Positions 45,880 to 55,922 of a stretch of 64,000 nt of DNA are shown one piece after another (the stretch's first letter is position 1; every line of letters begins with the position of its first letter). The notes below the pieces were generated by a model. It was not told the origin of the DNA and did not search any database. It saw only the letters and a program-made list of their open reading frames with translations. This stretch comes from an uncultured Candidatus Rokubacteria bacterium (GTDB lineage: Bacteria > Methylomirabilota > Methylomirabilia > Rokubacteriales > CSP1-6). The position numbers and the translations under genes are program-made. The stretch is taken from positions 224,001 through 288,000 of the forward strand of contig CAVWWD010000003.1 in NCBI GenBank assembly GCA_963758635.1. Reading direction: 5' to 3'.

Positions 45880-46063
45880 CGATCTGCTGGATCTCGGGTG
45901 ATGTGAGCGCCTATTCTGCGCCCCGCGTTCGGCGCATGTCCAGGTTTGGCCGTCATCGCCGAGGCGCCCGCGAGCGGCGCGCGTCCGTAGTCGTCGAGCC
46001 GGATCGCCGCGCTCCGAGTCGTCCTCCGGCCGGTCCTGTAGCGTCGCACGTCGTCCCGGAGCC

Positions 46064-46078
46064 GCAAGTTCTGCGCCA
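46064..46078 (-). promoter_or_regulatory. sigma54-like promoter motif upstream of the hybrid kinase
   Basis: Minus strand TGGCGC-AGAAC-TTGC. Confidence 0.5.
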
Positions 46079-46309
46079 TCGCCCGGACCGGGTCGAGGCG
46101 CCAATAGAATCGCAAGGTTGCGAATTTGGCCGGCCGTCGAGCGGGCGCTCCGGCGTCCCGTTTGCGAGAGGCCGCTTGCCAAATTTCGTCGGCCTCGCGA
46201 CACCGGCTCGTGCTGGCGCCACGCGTGGGTGTCGTGCGGCCACGGCAGGGGAAGCGAGCACGGGCGGTGACGGTTTCATCGTGGGCGCCGGCGCGCTATT
46301 GTACGGGCC

Positions 46310-47338
46310 ATGCCAACCATGGATCCGGCCAAGCTCGAGGCGACGGCGACCCGCATCTTCACCGCTCTCGGCGCTCCCCCAGGGGACGCGGCGTGGGTGG
46401 CGGCACTTCTCGTGCGCGCCAACCTCCGCGGCCACGACTCGCACGGGGTGATCCGCATCCCGGAGTACGCGGCCAAGGTGCGCAAGGGCGAGGTCGACCC
46501 GACCTCGCCGGTGACCGTCGTGCGCGACAGCCCGACGACGGCCACGCTCGACGGCGGGCGCGGGTTCGGCCAGGTGGTGGCACGCCGCGGGATGGAGCTG
46601 GCCATGGCCAAGGCCAAGGCGCTCGGCATCGCCGCGGTCGGCCTCTCGCGGACGGGGCACGTGGGTCGCCTCGCCGACTACGCCGAGATGGCCGCGAACG
46701 CCGGGCAGGTGGCGATGCTCTGGGCGAACGCCGTGTTCGGTCTGAACGTCGCGCCGTGGGGCGGCGCGGCCCGGCGACTCGGCACCAATCCCCACGCGAT
46801 CGCCATTCCCGGCGGTGCGGCGCCCGCGATGGTGCTCGACTTCGCGACCAGCGTGGTGGCCGAGGGCAAGATCCGCGTCAAGCGGAACCGCGGCGAGCGC
46901 GCGCCCGAGGGCTGGTTCATGGACTCGGAGGGACGGCCGTGCACCGACCCCACCGTGTTCTACGGCGAGCCGCGCGGCGCGATCTACCCCGCCGCCGACC
47001 ACAAGGGCTACGGCATGGGCCTCGCCGTCGAGATCCTGGGCGGCATCCTCTCCGGCACCGGCCCCGCGGGTCCGGGCACGGGAATCTTCGCCAACGGCAC
47101 GCTGATGATCTGCCTCGACGTGGAGCGCTTCATCGGCCGCGAGGAGTTCGACCGCCAGGTCGCCGCTTTGCTCGAGTGGGTGCGCTCGGCGCCGCGCGCG
47201 CCGGGGTTCACGGAGATCCTGGTGCCGGGGGAGCCGGAAGCGCGCCTGGCCGCGCAGCGGAGCGCGGGCATCCCGATCGACGACGAGACCTGGGCCCAGA
47301 TCCAGGCCGTGGCAGATGAAGTGCGAAGCGAGCCGTAG
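46310..47338 (+). CDS. Ldh_2 family (malate/L-lactate/ureidoglycolate dehydrogenase-like) oxidoreductase
   Basis: ANLRGHDSHG, HVGRLADY, LGTNP, DFATS..AEGK, HKGYG, PGEPE. Confidence 0.93.
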   Translation: MPTMDPAKLEATATRIFTALGAPPGDAAWVAALLVRANLRGHDSHGVIRIPEYAAKVRKGEVDPTSPVTVVRDSPTTATLDGGRGFGQVVARRGMELAMAKAKALGIAAVGLSRTGHVGRLADYAEMAANAGQVAMLWANAVFGLNVAPWGGAARRLGTNPHAIAIPGGAAPAMVLDFATSVVAEGKIRVKRNRGERAPEGWFMDSEGRPCTDPTVFYGEPRGAIYPAADHKGYGMGLAVEILGGILSGTGPAGPGTGIFANGTLMICLDVERFIGREEFDRQVAALLEWVRSAPRAPGFTEILVPGEPEARLAAQRSAGIPIDDETWAQIQAVADEVRSEP

Positions 47339-47504
47339 GCGAGCGGAGCGCATATGGAAATGAAGTGGAAACGACCAGCACCCGAGCTTTAGCGCACCGG
47401 ACATGAAGCGAAACGAGCCGTACGCGAGTGGAGCGCACATGGAAATGAAGTGGAAACAACCAGCACCCGAGCTTTAGCGCACCTGGAATGAAGCAGAAAC
47501 CACC
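47322..47504 (+). repeat. Tandem array of the 55-bp repeat (85-bp period, 2 copies plus a partial)
   Basis: Copies at 47322-47376 and 47407-47461, each followed by CAGCACCCGAGCTTTAGCGCACC. The first copy supplies the stop codon of the Ldh_2 gene. Confidence 0.88.
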
Positions 47505-47525
47505 ACCCCCCGAACAAGCGCGCCG

Positions 47526-48344
47526 TCAGGGGAACAGGCGGTCGGCGTTGCCGAACGCGATCTTCTCGGCGACCTCGCGCGGGAGCTGCGAGAGGTAGCC
47601 GCGCACCTCGGACACGGAGCCCGGCAGCGCCTCCCATCGCGACGTGACCCACGTGTCCGTCCCGGCCAGGAAGCGGTCGGGGTACTTCATGAAGACGGCC
47701 CGCCACCCGGGGTCCAGCGTGCCGCCCGGCGCCACGTCGCCGTTCCTGATGGCCAGGTCCACCCAGAGCGTGGGATAGCGATCGAGGAGGGCGGCCACCG
47801 CCTGCGGGCCCGAGCTCATGCCGGCGTGGGCCCAGATCACCCGGAGCCGCGGCTCGATCGTGAACAGCTCCACGATGGCCACCTCGTCCGAGTGCGCGTG
47901 CAGGTAGAGGTTGTCGCGCACCGCGATCTCGATCACCCGCTTGATCACCGGCGTGCCGGTCTGGCCCGCGAAGAGGTGGAACTCGCCGATCCCCCGGTGC
48001 ACCTTCAGGGCCAGGCGCGACTCGATGTAGGGGATCACCGACGCGTCCTGCCACCACGTGCCGATGTCGTCCCGCGTGCGGTACGGCCGCAGGATCGGCA
48101 CCACGCGCGTCGGGTCCTTCTGGTGCAGGCGGATCGTCCCGTCGTCGGGCGTGCTCGACACCAGCGCCCGCTTCACGCCGGCTTTCGCCAGGATCCCGAG
48201 GATGCGGTCCTCCGGGTACTCCGCCCAGTCGGGCGCGCTGTAATGGATGTGCGTGTCGAAGATCGGAAGGTCCGCGGTCTGGGCGCGGACGCCTCCCGCG
48301 ATCACCAGGACGAGCACGGCGGCGAGGAGCCGGGACGAGCGCAT
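47526..48344 (-). CDS. Secreted amidohydrolase-family (TIM-barrel metallo-hydrolase) protein
   Basis: Signal peptide, FDTHIHY, GIGEFH, WAHAG, RFLAGTD, GNA..LF. Confidence 0.85.
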   Translation of the reverse strand: MRSSRLLAAVLVLVIAGGVRAQTADLPIFDTHIHYSAPDWAEYPEDRILGILAKAGVKRALVSSTPDDGTIRLHQKDPTRVVPILRPYRTRDDIGTWWQDASVIPYIESRLALKVHRGIGEFHLFAGQTGTPVIKRVIEIAVRDNLYLHAHSDEVAIVELFTIEPRLRVIWAHAGMSSGPQAVAALLDRYPTLWVDLAIRNGDVAPGGTLDPGWRAVFMKYPDRFLAGTDTWVTSRWEALPGSVSEVRGYLSQLPREVAEKIAFGNADRLFP

Positions 48345-48413
48345 TGGCGGCAAGACTACCACGGACGGTCGGCCGGCTTGCGCCCACCGTGCATCCTCTC
48401 TACGATTGAGAGC

Positions 48414-48845
48414 GTGTTCACGATCCGGAGCGCAATTCGCGCGCATCGCCGGCTCGGCGCCGTCGTCCTCGCCGCCGGCCTGGCCGCCTCGTGGCCAGAG
48501 AGCGCCTCCGCCCAGCCCTCGCGCGGCGGCGGGAGCATCGGATCCCTGCCCGCGGTCCGTACCGGTCCAGCCCCGAGTGCGATCGACCAGTCGCGGAGTC
48601 TCTCGACGCACGGCGTGCCGAAGCTGGGCGCGGCGACAACGCCCGCCGAGCGTCTGGTGCCCGAGCGTCGCGTGCGTGATCCCCTGACGGGCCGCGAGAT
48701 CGTGATCCCCGCGCACTACGAGCGCCGCATCACCGACCAGCAGTGGTGGGTGCCGCCGCTCACCGGATACGGCGCCAACCACGAGGGTCCCGTCCACATC
48801 CAGGGCGGCTCCCAGCCTCCCGCCGACCAGCGCCAGGCTCCCTGA
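48414..48845 (+). CDS. Hypothetical secreted protein
   Basis: TTGCGC-N17-TACGAT 7 nt before GTG; signal-like N-terminus ending ASA-Q. Confidence 0.5.
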   Translation: MFTIRSAIRAHRRLGAVVLAAGLAASWPESASAQPSRGGGSIGSLPAVRTGPAPSAIDQSRSLSTHGVPKLGAATTPAERLVPERRVRDPLTGREIVIPAHYERRITDQQWWVPPLTGYGANHEGPVHIQGGSQPPADQRQAP

Positions 48846-48976
48846 GCGAGAATGAACGGCGACACGGCGCTCCGTGTGGACGCAGAATCGCCGCGTTGGC
48901 CCGCTCGCCGACGTCGACATCCGCATTGCTTCACAACCTAGAAGCGAGGAGACCGCCCGTGCTCGATACCGTCGGC

Positions 48977-49180
48977 ATGAAGGAGATCAACCGGATCTTC
49001 GAGGTGATCGACGGTCTCGGGATCCACCGGGAGCAGGTGGTGATCCCGCTCGGCACCGGCCAGGGCCGGGTGCGGCGGCTCCCCAGCGGCAAGCTCGAGA
49101 TCATCGTCGACGCCGAGACGCCCTTCGAGCAGTGGGTCGAGGGCCTGCCCGGACTGATCCGCGCCGCCCAGGGCCAGTGA
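48977..49180 (+). CDS. Small hypothetical protein (67 aa)
   Basis: Typical codon usage; GTGA overlap with the next gene. Confidence 0.6.
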   Translation: MKEINRIFEVIDGLGIHREQVVIPLGTGQGRVRRLPSGKLEIIVDAETPFEQWVEGLPGLIRAAQGQ

Positions 49181-50496
49181 GCGTCGCCCCAGGCGGACGC
49201 GCCCTCCGTCGCGACCTCGGCCTCCTTCCTCTCGTCGCGATCGTCTTCTTCAACGTCAGCGGCGGTCCCTACGGGATCGAGGACGCGGTGTCCTCGTTCG
49301 GCCCCGGGCTCACGCTGCTGCTGCTGGCCCTGACGCCGGTCGTGTGGAGCCTGCCCGTGGCCCTCGCCATGGCGGAGATGGCGTCGGCCCTGCCCGACGA
49401 GGGCGGCTACGTGGTCTGGGTGCGGCGAGCGTTCGGTCCCTTCTGGGGCTTCCAGGTCGGGTGGTGGAGCTGGCTGAACAGCTTCGTCGACGTGGCGGTG
49501 TACCCGGCGCTCTTCGCCGACTACCTGAAGTTCTGGTGGCCGGCGATGGGCTCGGTCGAACGCTTCGCCGCCGCGCTGGCCTTCATCTGGCTGCTCACCG
49601 GGCTCAACCTGGCCGGCGTGCGGCTCGTGGGCCGGAGCGCGGTGGCGCTCGGCGTGTTCGCGCTGGTCCCCATGGCCGTCTTCACCGTGATCGCGGCCAC
49701 GCGCGCCACGCACGCGCCGTGGCTGCCTCTGGCCGCGCCCGGGCAGGGGCTGGTCGAGGGGCTGGGCCTCGGGCTCGCCGTGATGATGTGGAACTACTCG
49801 GGCTGGGACACGCCCAGCACGTGCCTCGGTGAGACGCGCGCGCCGGAGACGGCGTTCCGTCGCGCGCTGTTCATGGCCGTGCCGCTGATCTCGCTCGCCT
49901 ACCTGCTGCCCGTGGCGGCGGGGCTCTCGGCGACCTCGGACTGGAAGGCCTGGGATACCGGACACTGGCCGGTGATGGCCGCCGCCGTCGGCGGCCCGGG
50001 ACTGGCCAGCCTTGTCACGATCGGCGCGCTCGTCGCCACGTCCGGGCTCTTCCTGTCGTCGCTCCTCACCAACTCACGGCTGCCCTTCGCGCTGGCCCGC
50101 GCCGGTCAGATGCCTCGCTGGCTGGGCGCGGTGCACGCGCCCTCCGGCACGCCGCGGGCCGCCGTGCTCGCCTCGAGCGCCGCCTACAGCGTGTTCGCGT
50201 TCTGGGACTTCAAGGAGCTGATCGTCCTGAACATCTGGCTCTACTCGATCTCGCTCCTGCTCGAGCTGGCCGCGTTCGTGGCGTTGCGCCTGCGCGAGCC
50301 CGACCTTCCGCGGCCCTGGCGCGTCGGCGGCGGGGCGGTGGGGATGTGGCTGACCGCGGCGCTTCCCGCCACGATGAGCCTCGTGGCCATGGCCACGGCG
50401 GGCTGGCTCAACACCCTGGTGGGTACTGGCGCCGCGCTCACCGGCCTCGTCGCCTACCGGTGCTGGGCCTCGGGCCCGGACCGCGCGAGGGCCTGA
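49177..50496 (+). CDS. APC-superfamily amino acid/polyamine permease
   Basis: FFNVSGGPYGIED, EGGY..WV, WNYSGWD, multiple TM helices. Confidence 0.9.
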   Translation: MSVAPGGRALRRDLGLLPLVAIVFFNVSGGPYGIEDAVSSFGPGLTLLLLALTPVVWSLPVALAMAEMASALPDEGGYVVWVRRAFGPFWGFQVGWWSWLNSFVDVAVYPALFADYLKFWWPAMGSVERFAAALAFIWLLTGLNLAGVRLVGRSAVALGVFALVPMAVFTVIAATRATHAPWLPLAAPGQGLVEGLGLGLAVMMWNYSGWDTPSTCLGETRAPETAFRRALFMAVPLISLAYLLPVAAGLSATSDWKAWDTGHWPVMAAAVGGPGLASLVTIGALVATSGLFLSSLLTNSRLPFALARAGQMPRWLGAVHAPSGTPRAAVLASSAAYSVFAFWDFKELIVLNIWLYSISLLLELAAFVALRLREPDLPRPWRVGGGAVGMWLTAALPATMSLVAMATAGWLNTLVGTGAALTGLVAYRCWASGPDRARA

Positions 50497-51296
50497 GCCA
50501 GCCGGAGCGCGGCGGCCACCGGCGCCTCGCCGGGCGCGCGCGGCGTGAGCGCGACGCCGTGGCCCCGCACCGCACGCCAGACGCCCCCGCGGAAGCCGGC
50601 GTCCTCCATCAGGCGTCCGGCCCACGTCACCGCGAAGGGACGCGGAAGCCGGAGCCGGCGCGCCAGCCCCACGCCCAGTGCCGCGAGCTCGGCCTGCGCG
50701 TCACGCACGATCGCGCGGGCGCGGCGGTCGCCTCGCGCCGCGCGGCGCAGCACGAGCGCCGCCCGCGCGGCGATCCTGGCGACGGCGTCGGGCGCGGTCG
50801 CCAGGCGGCGCGCCTCCGCCGGGTCGCCGGCCGCGATCCAGCGCCGGCCGATCCAGAACGCCGAGCCCTCGTCACCCACGAGCGGACCGAGCCCGCCCGC
50901 CCGCGCCCAGCGTCCCCGCGCGTCGCGGCCGAGCGCGATGGAGCCGGTGCCGGCGAGCACGAGAACGCCCGCCTGGTCGCCGAGCGCGCCACGGAACGCG
51001 GCCTCCACGTCGGAGATCGCCTGCACGCGGCGGGCGAGGCCGGCGAGCCGGCGCTCGGCGCGGGCGCGCTCGGCGGCGGTCCACACGCCGCGCGCGGCCA
51101 CCACCAGCACGTCAACGTCGCCGCGGCCGATCCCGAGCCGTCGCCAGAGTCGGGTGAGCGGCTCGGCCGGATCGCGGGTGGGGCCCGCGGGCCCCTCGGC
51201 GCGGAGACGCCGCCCGTCGCGCTCCACGGCGAGGACGCGGGCCCGCGTACCGCCCACGTCGGCGCCCACGACGAGGCCACGCCCGGGTCCCGTCAG
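50454..51296 (-). CDS. BadF/BadG/BcrA/BcrD-family sugar kinase (GlcNAc/MurNAc kinase-like); start codon uncertain
   Basis: GADVGGT, SD...A, LAGTGS, GGLG.LVGDEGSAFWIG. Confidence 0.82.
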   Translation of the reverse strand: MTGPGRGLVVGADVGGTRARVLAVERDGRRLRAEGPAGPTRDPAEPLTRLWRRLGIGRGDVDVLVVAARGVWTAAERARAERRLAGLARRVQAISDVEAAFRGALGDQAGVLVLAGTGSIALGRDARGRWARAGGLGPLVGDEGSAFWIGRRWIAAGDPAEARRLATAPDAVARIAARAALVLRRAARGDRRARAIVRDAQAELAALGVGLARRLRLPRPFAVTWAGRLMEDAGFRGGVWRAVRGHGVALTPRAPGEAPVAAALRLAQALARSGPEAQHR

Positions 51297-51316
51297 CCGA
51301 GACGCCGAGGCGGCGC

Positions 51317-51579
51317 GTGAGCCCGCAGGGGCGCGAGGTCGCCGGCGTGTGCTGTTCAGAGGCTGCTCGGTCTGGAAAGGGTGGCGGTCACGCGGAGGAT
51401 TGTACGTCCTGGTATGCGTGAGCCCGCAGGGGCGCGAGGTCGCCGGCGTGTGCTGATCCGAGGCTGCTCGGCTTGGAAAAGGGGCAGGGATGTACGTCCT
51501 AGGCGGTACGTGGAGGCCGCAGGGACGCGCGATGTCGCCGGCGTGTGCTGATCAAGGGCTGCTCGGCTTGGAAAAAGGG
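51317..51579 (+). repeat. Three-copy tandem repeat (units about 101, 92 and 70 bp)
   Basis: GTG(G)AGSCCGCAGGG..GCGCGA.GTCGCCGGCGTGTGCTG..GGCTGCTCGG..TGGAAA starts at 51317, 51418 and 51510. Confidence 0.9.
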
Positions 51580-51596
51580 CATCATGGCGGGAGCCC

Positions 51597-53105
51597 ATGG
51601 CCTCCGCACCCCCGTCGGGAGGATTGACGTGGCCGGACTACGCCATGCTCGTGCTCGCCCTGGGTGCCCTCGTCGCGCTGGGCGCGGCGTTCAGCCGTGG
51701 GCAGAAGGACACCGGCGACTTCCTGCTCGCTCGCCGCCGCATCCCGTGGTGGGCGGCCTCCCTGTCCTTCCTCGCCACCGAGATCAGCGCGGTCACCATC
51801 ATCTCGGTGCCCGCCACCGCGTACAGCGAGAACTGGCAGTACCTCCAGTTCTTCGTGGGATCGAGCCTCGCCAAGTTCGTGGTCGCCTGGCTCTTCATCC
51901 CCGCCTTCTACCGGCACGACTGCACGACGATCTACGAGTTCCTCCGGTACCGGTTCGGCACGGCGAGCCAGGTGACGGGCTCGATCTTCTTCTTCGTCAC
52001 CCGCCTGCTCGGCTCGGGCGTCCGCCTGATGGCCGCCGCCCTCGCCGTGTCGATCCTCGTGGGCTGGCCGCTCCCCGCCACCATCGCGCTCTTCACCGCC
52101 GTGTCCATCGCCTACATCGCGGCGGGCGGCGTCAAGGCGGTGGTGTGGACGAACGTGCTCCAGGCCGGCGCGTTCCTCGTCGGCGGGCTCGCCACCGTCG
52201 TCTTCCTCGCCGCGTCGGTCGACGGCGGGCTGGCCGCCATCTACGCGACCGCCGCCGAGGCGGGGAGGATCACCGCGATCAACTGGGGCCCGACGCCGGG
52301 CGCGCCCGACTTCTGGCCGCGCGTCCTCACCGACCCCAACATCTTCTGGCTCGCCGTGCTGAACGGGCTCGTGGGCTCGATGGCGGCCTTCGGCACCGAC
52401 TACGACCTGATGCAGCGGCTCCTCACCGTCGAGAAGCGCCGCGAGAGCCAGCGCACGCTCGCCCTCACGCCCATCGGGACGCTGGTGACGCTGGCCCTCT
52501 ACCTGTCGATCGGCGCGGGGCTCTTCACGTACTACGCGCAGCACCCGGGGCAGGCGCTGCCGCGTCCCGACGAGATCTTCCCGTTCTTCATCCGCACCGC
52601 GATGCCGGAGATCTTGCGCGGGCTGATGCTCGTCGCCATCGTGCTCGCCTCCATCGACTCGCCGCTCGGCTCGCTCGCCGGCTCGTTCGTCACCGACATC
52701 TATCGGCCGCTCATCGCGCGCGGGCGGAGCGAGCGCCACTACGTGCTCGTCTCGCGGGTCGCGGTGATGGGCTTCGGGCTCGCGCTGGCCCTGCTCGCGT
52801 GGGGGTTCTCGTACTTCGACCGCATCCTGTGGCTCGCGTTCAAGATCGCCGGCGTCACCTTCGGCTCGCTGCTCGGCGTGTTCCTCCTGGGCCTCCTGAC
52901 CGGCGTGCGCGCCAACCGCGCCAACGTGGTGGCGATGACGGTGATGGCGCTGGTGAACCTGGTCCTCCTCGCGCTGGCCGAGGCGCGCGTGATCGCGCTC
53001 GGCTGGTCGTGGCTGGTCATCCTGGGCACGGTGGGAACGATGGCGCTGGCCGCTCTCCTCGCGCCCGCGCTCGACGGCGCGGCCCGCCCCGCGCCGCGCG
53101 GCTGA
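51597..53105 (+). CDS. Sodium:solute symporter (SSS family)
   Basis: DFLLARRRIPWW, ATEISA.T..S.P, YEFL..RFG, GGVKAVVWT, QRLL. Confidence 0.92.
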   Translation: MASAPPSGGLTWPDYAMLVLALGALVALGAAFSRGQKDTGDFLLARRRIPWWAASLSFLATEISAVTIISVPATAYSENWQYLQFFVGSSLAKFVVAWLFIPAFYRHDCTTIYEFLRYRFGTASQVTGSIFFFVTRLLGSGVRLMAAALAVSILVGWPLPATIALFTAVSIAYIAAGGVKAVVWTNVLQAGAFLVGGLATVVFLAASVDGGLAAIYATAAEAGRITAINWGPTPGAPDFWPRVLTDPNIFWLAVLNGLVGSMAAFGTDYDLMQRLLTVEKRRESQRTLALTPIGTLVTLALYLSIGAGLFTYYAQHPGQALPRPDEIFPFFIRTAMPEILRGLMLVAIVLASIDSPLGSLAGSFVTDIYRPLIARGRSERHYVLVSRVAVMGFGLALALLAWGFSYFDRILWLAFKIAGVTFGSLLGVFLLGLLTGVRANRANVVAMTVMALVNLVLLALAEARVIALGWSWLVILGTVGTMALAALLAPALDGAARPAPRG

Positions 53106-53136
53106 CCACCGCCGCCCGGGCGCTCCGGAGCGTCGA

Positions 53137-53282
53137 GGGGCGGCGGGGAGGGACCTGGGGTCACGGGACCCTTTCCCTCCATCGGTCAGCGGACCGAGCG
53201 CGCCCGGATGGAGCCCAGTCCCAGCGGGGTAGCGGACGCGTGCGGCGTGGTCCCACGACCCCAGGTCCCTCCCCGCCGCCCC
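53137..53282. repeat. 146-bp element with 34-bp terminal inverted repeats (MITE-like or structured RNA)
   Basis: 53137-53162 is the perfect 26-bp reverse complement of 53257-53282, extending to 34 bp with 2 mismatches. Confidence 0.85.
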
Positions 53283-53334
53283 GCCCACGCGCGGGCTATC
53301 CGGGGAGCCCAGGAGGACGGCGTATCATCGGCGC

Positions 53335-54336
53335 ATGAACCCGGCACGCGAGGCGGGCGACGACGCGCGGGTCCGCATCCGCGCGGGGCTGATCTCGCTC
53401 GTCGTCTCGGCGGTTCTGCTCGGGGTGAAGTACTGGGCGTACCTGCTCACCGGCTCCACCGCCATCCTGTCCGACGCGCTCGAGTCGATCGTCAACGTGG
53501 TGGCGGCGGTGTTCGCCCTGAGCGCGCTCGCCTTCGCCGGACGGCCCGCCGACCGCAACCACCCCTACGGCCACGGCAAGGTCGAGTTCATCTCCGCGGC
53601 CTTCGAGGGCGGCCTCATCGCGTTCGCCGCCGTGCTCATCGTCTACGAGGCCGCCCAGGTCCTCGTGCGCGGGGCCACGCTGCGCCAGCTGGACACCGGC
53701 GTGGGCATCGTGCTCGCCGCCGGCCTGGTCAACCTCGCGCTGGGCACGTTCCTGGTGCGCACCGGGCGCCGGCACGGCTCGATCGCCCTGCTCGCCGACG
53801 GCCAGCACGTCCTCGCCGACTTCTGGACCAGCGTGGGCATCGTGACCGGGCTCGTCGTCGTCCGGGTGAGCGGGCTCGCGTGGCTCGATCCCCTCGTGGC
53901 GCTCGTCGTCGCCGGGAACCTCATGCGGACGGGATTCCGACTGGTCAGGCACGCCGCGGGCGGCCTCCTCGACGAGGAGGACCCGGCGCTCCTCACCCGC
54001 CTGCTCGACGTCCTCCGGGGCCACGTGGGCAAGGGCGTGATCCGCGTCCACCACCTGCGGGCCATCCGCTCCGGCAGCTCTCACCACGTCGACGCGCATC
54101 TGGTGGTGCCCGAGTTCTGGTCCGTGGACCGGGCCCACGAGGTCGCGGAGGACCTGTCCCGCCGCGTCATCGCCGAGCTGGGCGTGGAGGGCGAGCTGGT
54201 GTTCCACACCGATCCCTGTCACCGCGCCTACTGCGCGATGTGCGATCTGGACGACTGCCCGGTGCGGAAGCAGCCGTTCAGCGGTCGCCCCCTCCTGACC
54301 CTGGACGAGGCGGTGCAACCTGACCTGATCCCGTGA
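53335..54336 (+). CDS. Cation diffusion facilitator (FieF-like) with a Cys-rich C-terminus
   Basis: SDALES, PAD.NHPYGHGK.E, H..AD, HTDPC...CAMCDLDDCP. Confidence 0.93.
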   Translation: MNPAREAGDDARVRIRAGLISLVVSAVLLGVKYWAYLLTGSTAILSDALESIVNVVAAVFALSALAFAGRPADRNHPYGHGKVEFISAAFEGGLIAFAAVLIVYEAAQVLVRGATLRQLDTGVGIVLAAGLVNLALGTFLVRTGRRHGSIALLADGQHVLADFWTSVGIVTGLVVVRVSGLAWLDPLVALVVAGNLMRTGFRLVRHAAGGLLDEEDPALLTRLLDVLRGHVGKGVIRVHHLRAIRSGSSHHVDAHLVVPEFWSVDRAHEVAEDLSRRVIAELGVEGELVFHTDPCHRAYCAMCDLDDCPVRKQPFSGRPLLTLDEAVQPDLIP

Positions 54337-54393
54337 ATGCCGAGCGGTGGGATTGTAGAGGCCCGTGGCGGTTACCGTATTCTGCGAGGATCA

Positions 54394-55918
54394 TTAGCTC
54401 AGCAGCCGGGCGAGCACGGCGTCGAGCTGGCAGCGGCGCCAGCCGTAGGCGGTGGCGCCGCCGACGCCCGGCGCGAGCAGGCGCGCGTCGTAGGGGTCTC
54501 GCATCAGCGCCACGGTGAGGGCGCGGCGCGCCGCCGTCCTCGCCTGGAGCGCGTCGAGCAGCGCGCGGTTCGACGCGTAGAGGTGCGCGTCGTAGAGGAA
54601 GAGGACCACGGCGTCCACCGCGGCGGCCTGGTCCGCCGCCGCCGCGATCTCGGCGGCGTCGGGCTCGACGCCCACCACGCGCACCTCGGGCGCGATCCCG
54701 TACGCGGCGAACGCCGACTTCACGTAGCCCGCCTCGTCGAGCATCTCGTCCTCGATGGTGATCCGGTCGGCCAGCGCGGACAGGCGGGGGAACACGGCGA
54801 GCACGCGCCCGTTCAGCCGGAGCCGCCAGTCCGCGGGCAGCGGGCTCACCACGGTGACGGCGCGCGTCGCCATCGCCCGGGCGAGCGGCGCGCCGTCGGG
54901 CTCCGCGCGTGCGGGGCCGCCGTCGAAGCGCGCGCTCCGCCGGGCGCACAGCGCCTCCACGCGCGCCGCGCTGTCCTCCAGCTCGCGTCGGGGCAGCGTC
55001 CCGTCGCGGGCGGCGGCGAGGAGCGCCGCGTGGGCGGCGCGCTGGGCCGCCTCGGTGTGGCACACCAGCAGCACGTCGTGGCCGGCCGCGGCCGCCCGCA
55101 CCGTGGCCTCGCCCACCGGACAGAGCTCGCCGATCGCGCCCATCTCGAGGTCGTCGGACACGATGACGCCGCGGAAGCCGACCTCGCGGCGGAGGTAGTC
55201 GTGGACGATGAGCCGCGAGAACGTCGCGGGGGTGGCCGGGCTCGCGTCGAGGGCAGGGTAGAGCGGGTGGGGACGTCATCAGGCAGTCCACGCCGGCCTC
55301 GATCGCCGCGAAGAACGGCGGCAGGTGGCCGGCGTGCATCTCCGCCCAGTCCGATCCGATGACGGGAAGCCCGAGATGGGCGTCGACCGGGGCGTGGCCC
55401 TTGCCCGGAAAGTGCTTGGCGCAGGCGGAGAGCCCGGCCGCCTGCATGCCCCGGATGCGCGCCGCCCCGTAGCGGGACACCAGCGCCGGGTCCTTGCCGT
55501 AGGAGCGGATGCCGATGTTCGGGCTGTAGCGCTCGGTGAGCACGTCGAGCACGGGCGAGAAGCTCAGGTCGACGCCGAGGCGCCGCATCTCGCGGCCCTC
55601 GATCAGCCCCTGGCGGTGCACGAACGCGGGATCGCCCGCGGCGCCGGCGGTCAGGTTGTCGGGGAAGATGGTCACGCCCGACCGCAGCATGACGATGCGC
55701 CCGCCCTCGTGATCGGTGGCGACCAGAAGGCGCCGGCCCAGCGCCTCCTCGAGACGTGTGAGCGCGCGAGCCAGGCGCTCGGGCGTCTCGAAGTTCCGGC
55801 GGTAGAGGATGATCCCGCCGGCCTCCGTCTCCCGGAACAGGCGGATCTCCGCGTCGCCGACGTCGGGGCCGCGGATGCCCCACATGAGGCGGCGTCCCAC
55901 CAGGGTCTCGAGCGTCAT
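54394..55918 (-). CDS. nagZ: GH3 beta-N-acetylhexosaminidase; +1 frameshift at ~55270
   Basis: GGIILYRRN, DHEGG, PVLDV, IGIRSYG, AKHFPGKG...VDAH, SDDLEM. Confidence 0.9.
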
Positions 55919-55922
55919 GGCC

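Noticed and set aside
47322..47504. CRISPR array (repeat ends in GGAAAC-like sequence, regular period)
   Set aside because: The intervening segments are near-identical rather than unique spacers, there are only 2-3 units, the same unit is dispersed singly elsewhere, and there are no cas genes.
51317..51579. CRISPR array
   Set aside because: Units are ~65 bp and diverge from each other, the linkers share sequence, and there are no cas genes.
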